A program made the translations under genes and the position numbers. The notes under the pieces were generated by a model. The model worked only from the letters and a program-made list of their open reading frames with translations. It was not told the origin of the DNA and did no database searches. Source: Malacoraja senta (lineage: Eukaryota). Taken from it: 64,000 bases of DNA. The DNA lies in the NCBI GenBank assembly GCA_038087875.1, contig CM075989.1:15688001-15752000 (forward strand), written 5' to 3'. Shown one piece after another: positions 49,471-62,148 of the stretch; the stretch's first letter is position 1, and every line of letters begins with the position of its first letter.

Positions 49471-50732
49471 ATTATTTTTCTTCTTGGTTGGAACAGGCTA
49501 GGATTTTTGTGTAGACTCTGGCATGCTGGGAGAGCTCCTGCTATTGTTGAGGAAATAGTTAGAATCCACCTTCTAACCAGAGCAGAGCTTGATCAATGAA
49601 GCAGGCAATAGCTACACTTGACTGCATTTCTTGACCGTAAACAAGATTTTTCACTTTGTCCTTGTTGCGATGATTCAAGCAGATATTTCACTTTGGTGGA
49701 TCTTACATTGAGCTTGTTTTCATCCTAGGAGAAAGGATGGAATAGGTCAGGGTGGAGAACACTTTTGGTTATGAAGCCGGAACCATTGAGCTCATCAGGA
49801 GGCTGTTCTCAACAAAGTACTGGCAGAGGGCCCATGTCCCCCTCACCAAAGCCCTGCATCACAACTTCCCTCTCAATGACCTACCAGCTCCACCTTATTG
49901 CCACTTACCTACCTACACCACAGATAATTTACCTTTAGCCAATGAACCTACTAGAAACTTTGGGACATAGAAGAAGGAAATCAGAGAACTTTGACAAATA
50001 AACAGACGGTCACGGAGAACAGGCAAACTCCACACAGGCAGCAGGATTGACAAGGTTGCTGAAGCTGGCAGTGACTCTCTGTGCCTCTTGTGTCTGGAAC
50101 ACTAACAGCAGTGTGTGCAAATACCACAAATCCCTTGAGTCCTGTGTAAAATTCTACAGATTTAACTCAATGGAATTAATTTCATGCTGAATACCGCATC
50201 TTTCTTTCAGGCTCTGTGCATTGGAACTTTGACATTTGGTTCTCCAAGAGCATTTGTGATGGTGTTTAAGGCCCACACACACACATAGGCTGCGATGGGA
50301 TTGGTCTGCCACAGACCATGGAGGTAGCTGAACCGCACCTCCTCATATTTGAAGGCTTCTTCCCGATGGAAAGGACTGGCCATATTAAAAATGAAAGAAT
50401 GATATTTGGCGGCTTCTGTCAGCAGTAAAATATCAACCATTGTGAAGCACTGAACACTGTCCCTCACCCAGAAACATGCATCTGCACATAGTTTGGGGGG
50501 CGCTGGGTTACAATGAACCTGTTCATCTCTGGACCTCAAACACCAACAAAATGCCCCCTCTTCATTCCAGCAGGTGGCAATATAACTTAATCTATTGCCT
50601 TAAGGTATTTTCATAAGTGTCAATAAATAGAGGCAATTTAGAGATTTGACTTTAACTGCAGAATATCGAGTCAAGCAGCTACAGCTGGGTTGCATAAAAG
50701 CTGCATAAATGAAACACGACAGGGTACTGGTG

Positions 50733-52288
50733 GTTTTGTGACCAGAGTACTTAAGGAAGTAGCCGCAGAAATAGTGGATGCATTAGTGATAATTTTTCAA
50801 AACTCTTTAGATTCTGGAGTAGTTCCTGAGGACTGGTGGGTAGCAACGTAACCCCACTTTTTAAAAAGGGAGGGAGAGAGAAAACGGGGAATTACAGACC
50901 AGTTAGTCTAACATCGGCGTGGGGAAAATTCTGGAGTCAGTTATTAAAGATGGGATAGCAGCACATTTGGAAAGTGGTGAGTTCATTGGACAAAGTCAGC
51001 ATGGATTTATGAAAGGTAAATCATGTCTGACGAATCTTATAGAATTTTTCGAGGATGTAACTAGTAGAGTGGATAAGGGAGAACCAGTGGATGTGTTATA
51101 TCTGGACTTTCAGAAGGCTTTCGACAAGGTCCCACATAAGAGATTAGCATACAAACTAAAGCACATGGTATTGGGGTTCAGTATTGATGTGGATAGAGAA
51201 CTGGCTGGCAGACAGGAAGCAAAGAGTAGGAGTAAACGGGTCCTTTTCAGAATGGCAGGCAGTGACTAGTGGGGTACCGCAAGGCTCAGTGCTGGGACCC
51301 CGGCTATTTACAATATATATTAATGGTCTGGATGAGGGAATTGAATGCAACATCTCCAAGTTGCGGATGACACGAAGCTGGGGGGCAGTGTTAGCTGTGA
51401 GGAGGATGCTAGGAGGCTGCAAGGTGACTTGGATAGGTTAGGTGAGTGGGCAAAGGCATGACAGATGCAGTATAATGTGGATAAATGTTCACTTTGGTGG
51501 CAAAAACAGGAAAGTAGACTATTATCTGAATGGTGGCCGATTAGGAAAAGGGGAGATGCAACGAGACCTGGGTGCCATGGTACACCATTCATTGAAAGTA
51601 GGAATGCAGGTGCAGCAGGCAGTGAAGAAAGCAAATGGTATGTTAGCATTCATAGCAAAAGGATTTGAGTATAAGAGCAGGGAGGTTCTACTGCAGTTGT
51701 ACAGATCTTGGTGAGACCACACCTGGAGTATTGCGTACAGTTTTGGTCTCTTAATCTGAGGAAAGACATTCTTGCATAGAGGGAGTACAGAGAAGGTTCA
51801 CCTGACTGATTCCTGGGATGGCAGGACTTTCATATGAGGAAAGACTGGATAGACTCGGCTTGTACACGTTGGAATTCAAGAGACTGAGGGGGGATCTTAT
51901 AGAAACTTACAAAATTCTTAAGGGTTGGACAGGCTAGATGCAGGAAGATTATTTCCCGATGTTGGGGAAGTCCAGAACTAGGGGTCACAGTTTAAGGATA
52001 AGAGGGAAGACTTTTAGGACCGAGATGAGGAAATCATTTTTTACACAGAGAGTGGTGAATCTGTGGAATTCTCTGCCACAGAAGGTAGTTGAGGCCAGTT
52101 CATTGGCTATATTTAAGAGGGAGTTAGATGTGGCCCTTGTGGCTAAAGGGATCAGGGGGTATGGAGAGAAGGCAGGGATGGGATACTGAGTTGGATGATC
52201 AGCCATGATCATATCAAATGGTGGTGCAGGCTCGAAGGGCCGAATGGCCTACTCCTGCACCTATTTTCTATGTTTCTATGTTTCTATG
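50733..52288 (+). mobile_element. Young CR1 LINE, 5'-truncated (RT to 3' tail)
   Basis: [35 protein letters not shown]; small frameshifts; (TTTCTATG)n tail. Confidence 0.95.
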
Positions 52289-52712
52289 AGTGAAAGAAGC
52301 TAGTTATAAAGCTACACAAAGTGCTGGAGTAACTCAGCCACTATTTGTGTCATTTTTGTAACCCAGCACCTGCAGTTCCTTGTCTCTAGTTGTAAAGCTG
52401 TTTTCAAGGTAATAAAAATTGCCTTAATGGTGAATTGGTGAACAAGATCCTGAAGACAAGTTTTGGGGGGAGAGATTTGGGATTCTGTGAAAGATGAACA
52501 CAGTTAGAAACTCTGCTGATATAATTTGTATCTACGTTTACTGGGCACACCGGCAGCAATCAGAAGTTAAAAGCCCAATCCTCTTGACTCTGACAATTTC
52601 CAGAGTTCTATCCCCACCTCTCTTCATCGAGGAGGATGACAGAGGATAGTGAGATTGGCGTGGAATAAGCTAATATGTTAGAGCATGTTGAGGCCAAGGA
52701 GGAGGAGATGTT

Positions 52713-53593
52713 AGGTAGACAAAAATGCCGGAGAAACTCAGCGGGGGCAGCAGCATCTATGGGGCGAAGGAAATAGATACATAGATACATAGAAAATAGG
52801 TGCAGGAGTAGGCCATTCGGCCCTTTGAGCCTGCACCGCCATTCAATATGATCATGGCTGATCATCCAACTCAGTATCCCGTACCTGCCTTCTCTCCATA
52901 CCCGCTGATCCCCTTAGCCACAAGGGCCACATCTAACTCCCTCTTAAATATAGCCAATGAACTGGCCTCAACTACCCTCTGTGGCAGAGAGTTCCAGAGA
53001 TTCACCACTCTCTGTGTGAAAAAGTTTTTCCTCATCTCGGTCTTAAAGGATTTCCCCCTTAACCTTAAGCTGTGACCCCTTGTCCTGGACTTCCCCAACA
53101 TCGGAACAATCTTCCTGCATCTAGCCTGTCAACCCATAAGAATTTGTACGTTTCTATAAGATCCCCTCTCAATCTCCTAAATTCTAGCGAGTATAAGCCA
53201 AGTCTATCCAGTCTTTCTTCATATGAAAGTCCTGACATCCCAGGAATCAGTCTGGTGAACCTTCTCTGCACTCCTCTATGGCTATAATGTCCTTCCTCAG
53301 ATTTGGAGACCAAAACTGTACGCAATACTCCAGGTGTGGTCTCACCAAGACCCTGTACAACTGCAGTAGAACCTCCCTGCTCCTATACTCAAATCATTTT
53401 GCTATGAAAGCTAACATACCATTCGCTTTCTTCACTGCCTGCTGCATCTGCATGCCCACTTTCAATGACTGGTGTACCATGACACCCAGGTCTCGCTGCA
53501 TCTCCCCATTTCCTAATCGGCCAAATAGGCAATGTTTGGGGCCGAAACCCTTCTTCAGACTGATGGGGGGGGGGGGGGGGGGGGGGGGGGGAG
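52713..53593 (-). mobile_element. PLE terminal fragment split by a CR1 insertion, itself inside an older CR1 (~52617-54010)
   Basis: Halves at 52713-52776 and 53523-53593 join into the PLE terminal repeat; 17-bp TSD AAGGAGGAG(G/A)AGATGTT at 52696-52712 and 53594-53610. Confidence 0.85.
52777..53522 (-). mobile_element. Young CR1 LINE 3' fragment
   Basis: Reverse-complement homolog of ~51534-52288; AAATAG direct repeat at 52771-52776 and 53523-53528. Confidence 0.93.
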
Positions 53594-55419
53594 AAGGAGG
53601 AGAAGATGTTGTTGGGTCTATTGAAGTGTTGAGGAGGCAAGAAAGGAGATTGCTGGGGCCTTGATGGAAATTCTTTGTTCCCTCTCTAGTCACAGGAAAG
53701 GTCCCAGAGCACTGGGATGTTGTTCCTTTGTTTAAGCATGGCTTTAAGGACAATCCAGTTGATTATAGGGTGGTGAGCTTACATCAGTAGTTAGGAAGAC
53801 TTTGGAGGTGATTTTTTAAAGAGAGGATTTACATGCATTTGGTGAAGCATTGGCTTATTTGGGACAGCCAGCAAGGTTTTGTATGAGGTGGATCATGTCT
53901 TACAAACTTGATTGAGTTTTATGAGGAGGTGACAAAGATGATAGATAAGGATAGGGTAGTGTATATTGTCTACATGGACTTTAGTGAGGCTTTTAACAAG
54001 GTCCGCCTTTCAAGCTGATCTTTCTGAATGACTAGGCATTTACCATTGTCAATTGAAAGCAAGAGGCAATTTGCAAAGTTGATTCCCGCCCCCATCCCCC
54101 AATTCTACTCCTTCCTGCAAAACTGATAATATCTATTTGATCCAGTTGGCTGACGTAAGGCCATCTTCCTCTGGGTTCCTTCACAAAGAAAGATCCGCCC
54201 CAAATTGCCGTTTGTCTGTTTACCTCCTCAGATGCTGCCAGGTCACTGTGTTCCTCCAGCAGCTTGTTTTTTGCTGAAGGTTTCAGCGTCTAAAGTCTCT
54301 TATGTCTTCATTATAATCAAACTTGCAATTCTAGCTACAGCCACTGGATGGTGACCAAGAAAGGGTTAGGCGATATTTTGGGTTGGATCTCTTCTTGGAT
54401 AAGCTTGGACTGGTTCCCCTTATTCTAGTTATTTTGAGTGAAGGCACATTGTATCTGCTAGTTCTGGCAGACTTTCCTTTTGGATGCAAAATGCACTCAA
54501 AGTTGCACTAATTTGGAAAATGTGAGGTTTAAGTTCCCCTTAAGCCCAATTAGTAATATCAGGAAGATAAAATTGCGTAAACACTGGTTTGAAATGGAAG
54601 TCTGTTAAAAACTGGCATTAAATTCCCCTTGACGTATTTTAAGAATGTGATGTCTTATTAAGAAAGTTAGAAATGACATAGTAATCCCAAAGAAATAATC
54701 CCAAAGCATGAGTGAGATTGTTCGATCTTTTGCCACGAGCAACTTGGTTTAAATAACTAAAGCATACAGAATCATGCTTTAGTTGTGCACAACAATCATT
54801 GATTCCATAAGATTTAAAGTTTTAAAAATATGCTTACTAGTACCTTTGACAGTAATAAAATGCTGCTTGCATCTGATGAGTGACCTCAGTTTGCTGAGAC
54901 TTGTGAATCTAATCTGAGATAGGACACAAATTGCTTGAGTAACTCAGCGGGTCAGGCAGCATCTCTGGAGAAAGGGTTAGGCGATATTTTGGGTTGGATC
55001 TCCTTCTTCAGACCCTTTGTATAAACCAACATGTGCAGTTCTTTCTTATTACAAATTTGAATCTAATCTGAGGCTGTGGTCAGTTTTCCAGGCAGAATTG
55101 ACTTTCAGGGTAAATAATGTGAAACCCAAATTTAACTGTTGAAAAGCAGGAGAAACTGTTCCTAAACAATGAGGCCTGGTGTAGATGTTACTGGTCTGAG
55201 GGAGAACTGATTACTAACTGTTTACTAACAATGGAAGCTAATACTTTTGAGCTCCAGTCAAATGCTGGGTTAACCTAATCCAGTAGCATTGAATGTTGGT
55301 ACCTGTTACAATATGAGAAGTAGAAGTGGGACTCGGCTCCTCATACTCCTCCCGCCCCACTCCCATCCCCTCGCCATTGAATAAGATCACGGTTAACCCT
55401 TCATCACTCCCACCTCCTC

Positions 55420-56760
55420 TGATCCACTTAGTGAACAAATATCTAAACCCAGCCTCGACCACAGTCATGCACTGACGATAATAGGCTGATGTAGGGGTGT
55501 CCAAAGAAGTTGAGAAATTTCTCCTTGCCTCGATCCTGAAAGGCCAAATTCTTATTCTGAGGTAACGTGTCCCAGTTTTTGACTCACCAGACACACAGAA
55601 AGGTGCTCATCATCCATTCAGTCAAACCCTGTCACAGTCACAAATGTTTCATTTCTTTACCAATTCACCATCCATTCAATCAAACTCTGACAGAATCTTG
55701 TCTGTTTCACTGTGATCACTTTTGTTTCTCCTAGACCCATCTTACTCCACATGCCTTCATTGGAGCCACACAATCTCCACTCCCAATATCCCTTATACTG
55801 TATGTGCACTCAGTCCAGACCATGCTGGCAACTTCTAGGTAAGTGTTTTTCTTCTTGCAAATGGAGACCAAGTCCCCATCTGTGGAGCTCTCACCAAAGA
55901 TCTGTAATTACAGCCAAGATTAATCTTGTTCATCCTCTTTCAACAATGACACTCTTTGTCTTTCTGTTGTTCCTGCTTGTTAATTTCCAGCATTTCATGA
56001 AACAAGATTTCTCTACATATATTTACTAGTATTTTACCGCCATAAAAAATATTATTCCTGCATTTTCCCCACATTACACTCCCCTGTCTGTTCTCTTGTC
56101 TCTCCCTTAATCGGACTTTATCCTTTAATTGTCAGTAAACATGGTTGTGTTATCCTCCATCTTTCCATCTAAGTCATTGATATAAGTTGTAAACTAATCC
56201 CTGTGGCATTCCAATAACTAATATTTTGCCAATCTTATTTTCTTTTCTTTGGCCAATTTCCTGCTTGTGCTGATATTTTGCACTTGCCCAACAGATTAGC
56301 CTTTATTATATGTAACAAATTTATTTCTGGTTGCAACTTATCAAATGCCTTTTGGAAAAACAGATATACTACATCTACTAACCCCCTCTTATCCACCCTC
56401 CTTGTTAATGCCTCAAATAAAATAATTGTCAGGTATGATTCTTTTCTCATGAAAACATGTTGCCTCTGCCCAATCATGTCATGACTTTTTATTTTAATTG
56501 CTGCATTATCATGTGTTTAATAATAAATTCCAGCATAATCTATTCCAGTGTTGCCAGGTTCATTCATCTAGATTTGTTCTGCTTTCCTCCTCCCACCTGT
56601 CTTGAACAGGGCGGTGGATCTTTTTATCTGCTCGGACATATCCATGATTTTGTACATTTTGGGAGATCATCGTTAATGTGTTCACTTTCTCTGCAGCCAC
56701 CTCTTTATGAAGTCTGAGGTGCACACTAATAGCCTCAGGGATTTGCAGCTGTCAGTCCTC
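55420..56760 (-). mobile_element. Highly decayed CR1 LINE
   Basis: Minus-strand remnants VDVVYLFFQKAFDK and GESKTG..LRIR..PFR.EARRNF. Confidence 0.65.
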
Positions 56761-57379
56761 TTTATTTCCCCAGTACCGTCTACTAACATTAGTTATTTAA
56801 CCAGCATGAATATGAGGAAGGACCCCAACTTGAATCGTCACCTATCCATGTCTTCAAGAGATTCTGTCTGACCCGCTGAGTTACTCCAGCACTTTGCGTT
56901 TTACTCTACATCTACAGTTCCTTGTGTTTCTTAGTTATTTTAAGATGGCCGTGGTCATTAATCTGTTGGTTCCTCACTTCTTGCTGTGGTCACACTCATC
57001 CGTCTTTATGGCTCCACCTCTGACTGACTGATGTGAGGAATCTGGATGATTAATTCTTCCTATATACCCCACGGGGACTTTCACAGTTTCTTTCACAAGC
57101 AACTTATTAACATTAGTCGGTCCAACACTTTGTACCCTTCCCCAGTTGTCCTTGAGCTGAGTATTTTTCTTGGACAGTTCATTTGTAGGTCAACTGCAGA
57201 CGCGTGAGCCTTAACTTACTTCCTAAAGGACGTGGATGAACCAGGAAAGATTTTCCACCACTCTATTGTTTTTATGATCATTATTGCTGATCGAAGATTT
57301 TATCTCCAGTTTGACTTACTTCACTAACTCTAAATTCCTCTGGTTTTGTGCTGGAATTTGAGTTTACCTCTCAAAAAAA

Positions 57380-57745
57380 CATTCATAAGTTCATACGTTA
57401 TAGGAGCAGAAGTAGGCCATTTGGCGCATCAAGTCTATTCCACCATTCAATCATGGCTGATCTGTCTTTCTCTCTCATCCCCATTCTCCTGCCTTCATCC
57501 CATAACCCCTGGCACCCTTACTAATCAAGAATCTGGCAATCTGCGCCTTAAAAATACCCAACGACTTAACCTCCATAGCCGGCTGTGTCAATGAATTCCA
57601 TAGATTCACCACCTTCGGACTAAAGAAATTACTCCTCATCTCCTTTCTGAAGGTATGTCCTTTTATTCTGAGGCTATGGCCTCTAGTCCTAGCCTCTCCC
57701 AGAAGTGGAAACATCCTCTCCACATCCACTCTATCCAGGCCTTTG
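57380..57745 (-). mobile_element. CR1 LINE 3' fragment
   Basis: [32 protein letters not shown] plus 3' UTR. Confidence 0.85.
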
Positions 57746-58475
57746 GCATATTCAGTAAATTGGATTATATCAATAATTTAACCGTAGTGCAATGTACTCT
57801 TAGCAGAATAGTAGAAGGAGTGGCACAGTCTGTTCGTGCTGTGTATTAAAATGGATGCAGTAGTTTCAATTAAACTTGCCATTGAATACAAGCTCTTTGT
57901 TAAAAAAAGAAAAAAATTGCAAGCTTTAATTTATATGGGTAAAGTTTACTTGACTAACACATGGAGAGTGTGGACTATGTCATAAGGAAAGGTTGGACTG
58001 GCCAGGCTTGGCTCCATGCGGTTGAGAAGTATGAGAGATGCCTTACCTGAAGAATCTTGACAGGGTGGGTGTGTAGTGGATCTCTCCTGTTATGGGGAAT
58101 CTAGAACTATTTAAAGAGAAGGGTTGCCTATTTATGATGACATGATTTTTTTTGGTCTCAGAAGGTTGTCTGAGAGTCTTTGGAATTCCCTTCCTCAAAG
58201 AGCATTGGAAACAGAATATTATAATATCTTTCAGGTAGTGGTAGGTCAAGACTTGATAGGCAAGAGGGTGAAAAATTACTCAGTTACAATCAGATACCCA
58301 CAATCTTATTAAAGAGCTACTGGGCTGAGTAACTCCTATTTTGTATGTTTGTAGGCATATAAATGCACTATGATGTCCCACGTAAACCCAGTTGTGGACA
58401 ATTTATATTGGGTTTTAGTTTTGGTTCTCGGTCATTATGTCAAGTCAAGGGAGTCGAGTCAAGATAGTTTAATTG

Positions 58476-58675
58476 NNNNNNNNNNNNNNNNNNNNNNNNN
58501 NNNNNNNNNNNNNNNNNNNNNNNNNNNNNNNNNNNNNNNNNNNNNNNNNNNNNNNNNNNNNNNNNNNNNNNNNNNNNNNNNNNNNNNNNNNNNNNNNNNN
58601 NNNNNNNNNNNNNNNNNNNNNNNNNNNNNNNNNNNNNNNNNNNNNNNNNNNNNNNNNNNNNNNNNNNNNNNNNNN
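58476..58675. other. Assembly gap (200 N)
   Basis: Run of exactly 200 N; true size unknown. Confidence 0.99.
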
Positions 58676-58862
58676 TGTTTTCACGATGGCATTTAACGTA
58701 CACAGCCCAGTGTGTGTGAAATTACCTATAATAGCTGATTTGAGCTGCTCAGGTTGGTTGGGCTCAGACACTCCTTTCCCCAGTCTGGTGTGTGATTGCC
58801 CGTGCATTTCATAAACAAGTAATAGTGGCAAATATCCAGCTATAGTAATGAGTTATGAACAA

Positions 58863-59185
58863 GATTGATTGAACTGATTGAAAGATACAGCACGAAACAG
58901 GTCATTCGACCCATCGAGTCCACGCCAACCATCAATCATCAGTTCACGCTAGTTCCATGTTATCCCACTTTTGCATCCACTCCATGCACACTAGCGGCAA
59001 TTTTACAGAGGCCAATTAATCTACAAACCTGCACGTCTTTTGGATGTGGGAGGAAACCGGAGCACAGAAAGGAAACCTTAACAGGGAGAACATATAAACA
59101 CAACACAGACAGCACCCGAAGTCAAGATCGAATCCGGATTTCTGTTACTGTGAGGCAGCTGCTCTACCAGCTGAGCTGCTGGGCC
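58863..59185 (-). mobile_element. HE1-like V-SINE
   Basis: Reverse-complement homolog of 5365-5662. Confidence 0.78.
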
Positions 59186-59738
59186 GACCTATAACTCTAC
59201 ACATTCCACCCCAAACATGTGGAACCTTCCACTGACTTACGACTGTGCATTTTGCTTGCAACAGCAACAACCTCCTTACATAGTAGTTTCAACATAGAAA
59301 GTTCCCATGGGATGGATATCAATGTTGCGGCTGAGCCACATGACGTGGATGATAGAAAGACAGACACAAAGTGCTGACATAACTCAGCGGGTCAGGCAGC
59401 ATCTCTGGAGAAAAAGGATGGGTGGCATTTTGTGTCGGAAAGTAGGGTCCTGACCCGAAACTTGATCCGCTGAGTTACGCCTGCACTTTGTGTCTACCTT
59501 TGATATATACCGGCATCTGCAGTTCTTTATTTCTACATGGATGATAGCAAGGTTGGTCAAAAAGATAGGTTCAGAGAGATTCCTTCAAAGCTGAAAGAGG
59601 GCTCATCTGGTTGAGAACTTCGGGAAGCGAATCCCAGTGATTGGTTCCTTTGTAGCCGAAGGAATGAGCAGGTGCCCAGTGAAGTGATTTAATTCAGGGA
59701 CGTGGGGAGAGGTCAGGTTTAGAGGAGCATGAGTATCT

Positions 59739-60090
59739 ACGACAGATGGCGCAATGGGCTAAGTGTTCGGCTGGCAACCGGAAGGTAGCCGGTTCGAATC
59801 CCGCTTGGAGTGCATACTGTCGTTGTGTCCTTGGGCAAGACACTTCACCCACCTTTGCCTGTGTGTGAATGTGTGTGATTGTGTGTGAGTGATTGGTGGT
59901 GGTCGGAGGGGCTGTAGGCGCAAATTAGCAGCCACGCTTCCGTCAGTCTGCCCCAGGGCAGCTGTGGCTACAGAAGTAGCTCACCACCACCGAGTGTGAC
60001 TGAGGAATGAATGAATAATGCGATGTAAAGCGCCTTGGGTATTAGAAAGGCGCTATATAAATCCAATCCATTATTATTATTATTATTATT
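59739..60090 (+). mobile_element. Intact tRNA-derived SINE, AFC/CORE-like, with L2-type tail
   Basis: A-box TGGCGCAATGG, B-box GGTTCGAATCCC, GTCGTTGTGTCCTTGGGCAAGACACTT core, TGTAAAGCGCCTTGGG..AAGGCGCTATATAAAT stem-loop tail, (ATT)n; TATCT at both flanks. Confidence 0.85.
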
Positions 60091-62148
60091 ATCTCAGAGA
60101 TGGTGAAATGGATCACTAGCCCCATCAGTTGAACTGCCCCAAGTCTCATCTCTTTCTCTCCATGCCAGTTCCCCGGCACCCTCAATCCCCCCCCTCCCCC
60201 CCCCTCCCCCCCCCCCCCCTCCCCCCCCGATCTTTCAAAAATGTGTTCACCTCCACTTTAAGTACCTGAAGGAACTAACGTTCACAAGTCCCCACGTCGG
60301 AGAATCCCAGAGGTTCACCACCCTCTGCGAGAAATAACTCCCGCGCGCCTCAGTTTTAGATGAACGCTCCCCAAACTTGTTAAAAAATGTACCTGAGCAG
60401 AGAGAATTGTTCACAAAGATCAGCTGTGGGTGGGGTCAGCAACATATCAAGAAGTCACTGGGAATAGGGTTGGCAGAGCCGAAACGGACCTTGTAGAGAC
60501 ACGAGGAGTGTTAGGAGAGAAACTGGAGGAAAATGTGGGTTTGTGGGGGCATTAAAGGTGGGGCAGAGGGACAAGGGCTCAACATCAGTGACAAGGCAGG
60601 AGAGGGAGGTAAGCGAAGAGGGAGGGTGCAGGCAAGTTGTTTGCAGCAGGGAAAATAAATATGGGGTCAAATATTCCTGGAATAGAGAGCAGCTTTGCCG
60701 GGCAAGAGCATGTTAGTGTGACCTAGCCAGATCGGAGAGGGAATAGCTAAAGCAGTCGGTCCCCAGGGCTTTTAATAGGAACGTGGTGTGACTCAAAGAG
60801 CAGCTGAGCCTCGTGTGTGGATGAATCATGTCAAAGAGCCCCTGGACTGTTTAGAAACACCCACATTCATCTCCTGACCCTTCCAGGCCTGTGACACGGG
60901 CTGTGGGGGCGGATGATGGAAGGCTGGTGGACAGATGGGGCCAAGAGGAAAGAACAATCCGTTGCCATTCCCACTCCTGCTGCTGTCCACCAACGCCTGC
61001 CAGAATGTGTGCAGCTCTGGTCATTATCCTTTACGTCAGCCAGCGTGGTTGCACTGAAAGGCCAAGGGGCCAGTTCATTTCTCTGCTCAGACCTCATCAT
61101 TGTCGTCATCTATGCTCTGGAGCTGTGGTGCAGCTTCAAGTCTGGCCCACTTCCAATGCCCCTGTTGCTGTACATTGCAATGGGGATTAACAGGGTGGTT
61201 GGGTCAACTGGAAGTGGTCAGTGTCCAAGCTGAAGACAAGATGCTGCTACTCTGTCAGTGACTCCACTAAAAAATCTAATGCCCTGGGAAATTTGGACGA
61301 TTTAATGAATGATCCTGTCAGATGTCCGCAAATTAGTAGCTCAAGACCGAGAAATATGTGTTGGAGTTTGCCCATGGAATGGTACAAACTAATTTGGTGA
61401 CCAGGATACGTTTAGAATGGAGATGAGGAGGAATTACTTTAGCCAGAGGGTGATGGATCTGTGTAATTCATTGCCACAGACGGCTGTGGAGGCCAAGTCT
61501 TTTGACTTTAGAGATACCAGTCATTGGGTATTTTTAAAGTGGTGGTTAATAGGTTCTTGATTAGTAAGGGTGTTAAAGGTTACAGGGAGAAGGCAGGAGA
61601 AAGGGGTTGAAACAGGGAAAATAGATCAGCCACGATCGAATGGTGGAGCAGACTCAATGGAACAAATGGTCTAATTCTGCTCCTCTGTCTTATGACCCTA
61701 TGATGCAGCCTCAGTGCAGTACAGAGTGGAAAACTAGTGCAGCTGCTGGAACTGCCCAACACCGACCCCACCAACCAATGCAGCAAAGCCACAAGTGCCT
61801 GTGCAGGTTAAACATCAGTCTCCACCATGCAATATTGTTCAGTTTGCACTAATTTCAGACCCACAGGTTGGTCACAGCAAAGTTCTTAATGGATCCCATT
61901 GTACCAGGAGGCAGGTCAGGAGTGGACTTTGTGTGAGGCAGCTGTGGCTAACTGGCTGCTCATCATTTAGCCTTGGTCAACAGAGAAGTGGCAATGTACT
62001 GAAGGACTGTCAGTAGCCATGACACCAGATGCCAGCTTGTTTGGGGGAAGTGGTGTCAATATGAAGGAATGAATAGAACTCACAAATGTAGGCAAGTGGA
62101 AGAGGTGTTTGACCATGGGAGTGAAGGAGTAGGAGCATCTGCCTGAAA

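Noticed and set aside
58370..58831. ORFs spanning the N run
   Set aside because: Artefacts of translating the assembly gap
59741..59815. Possible tRNA gene
   Set aside because: A/B boxes are present but no convincing cloverleaf, and it continues into a SINE body and tail
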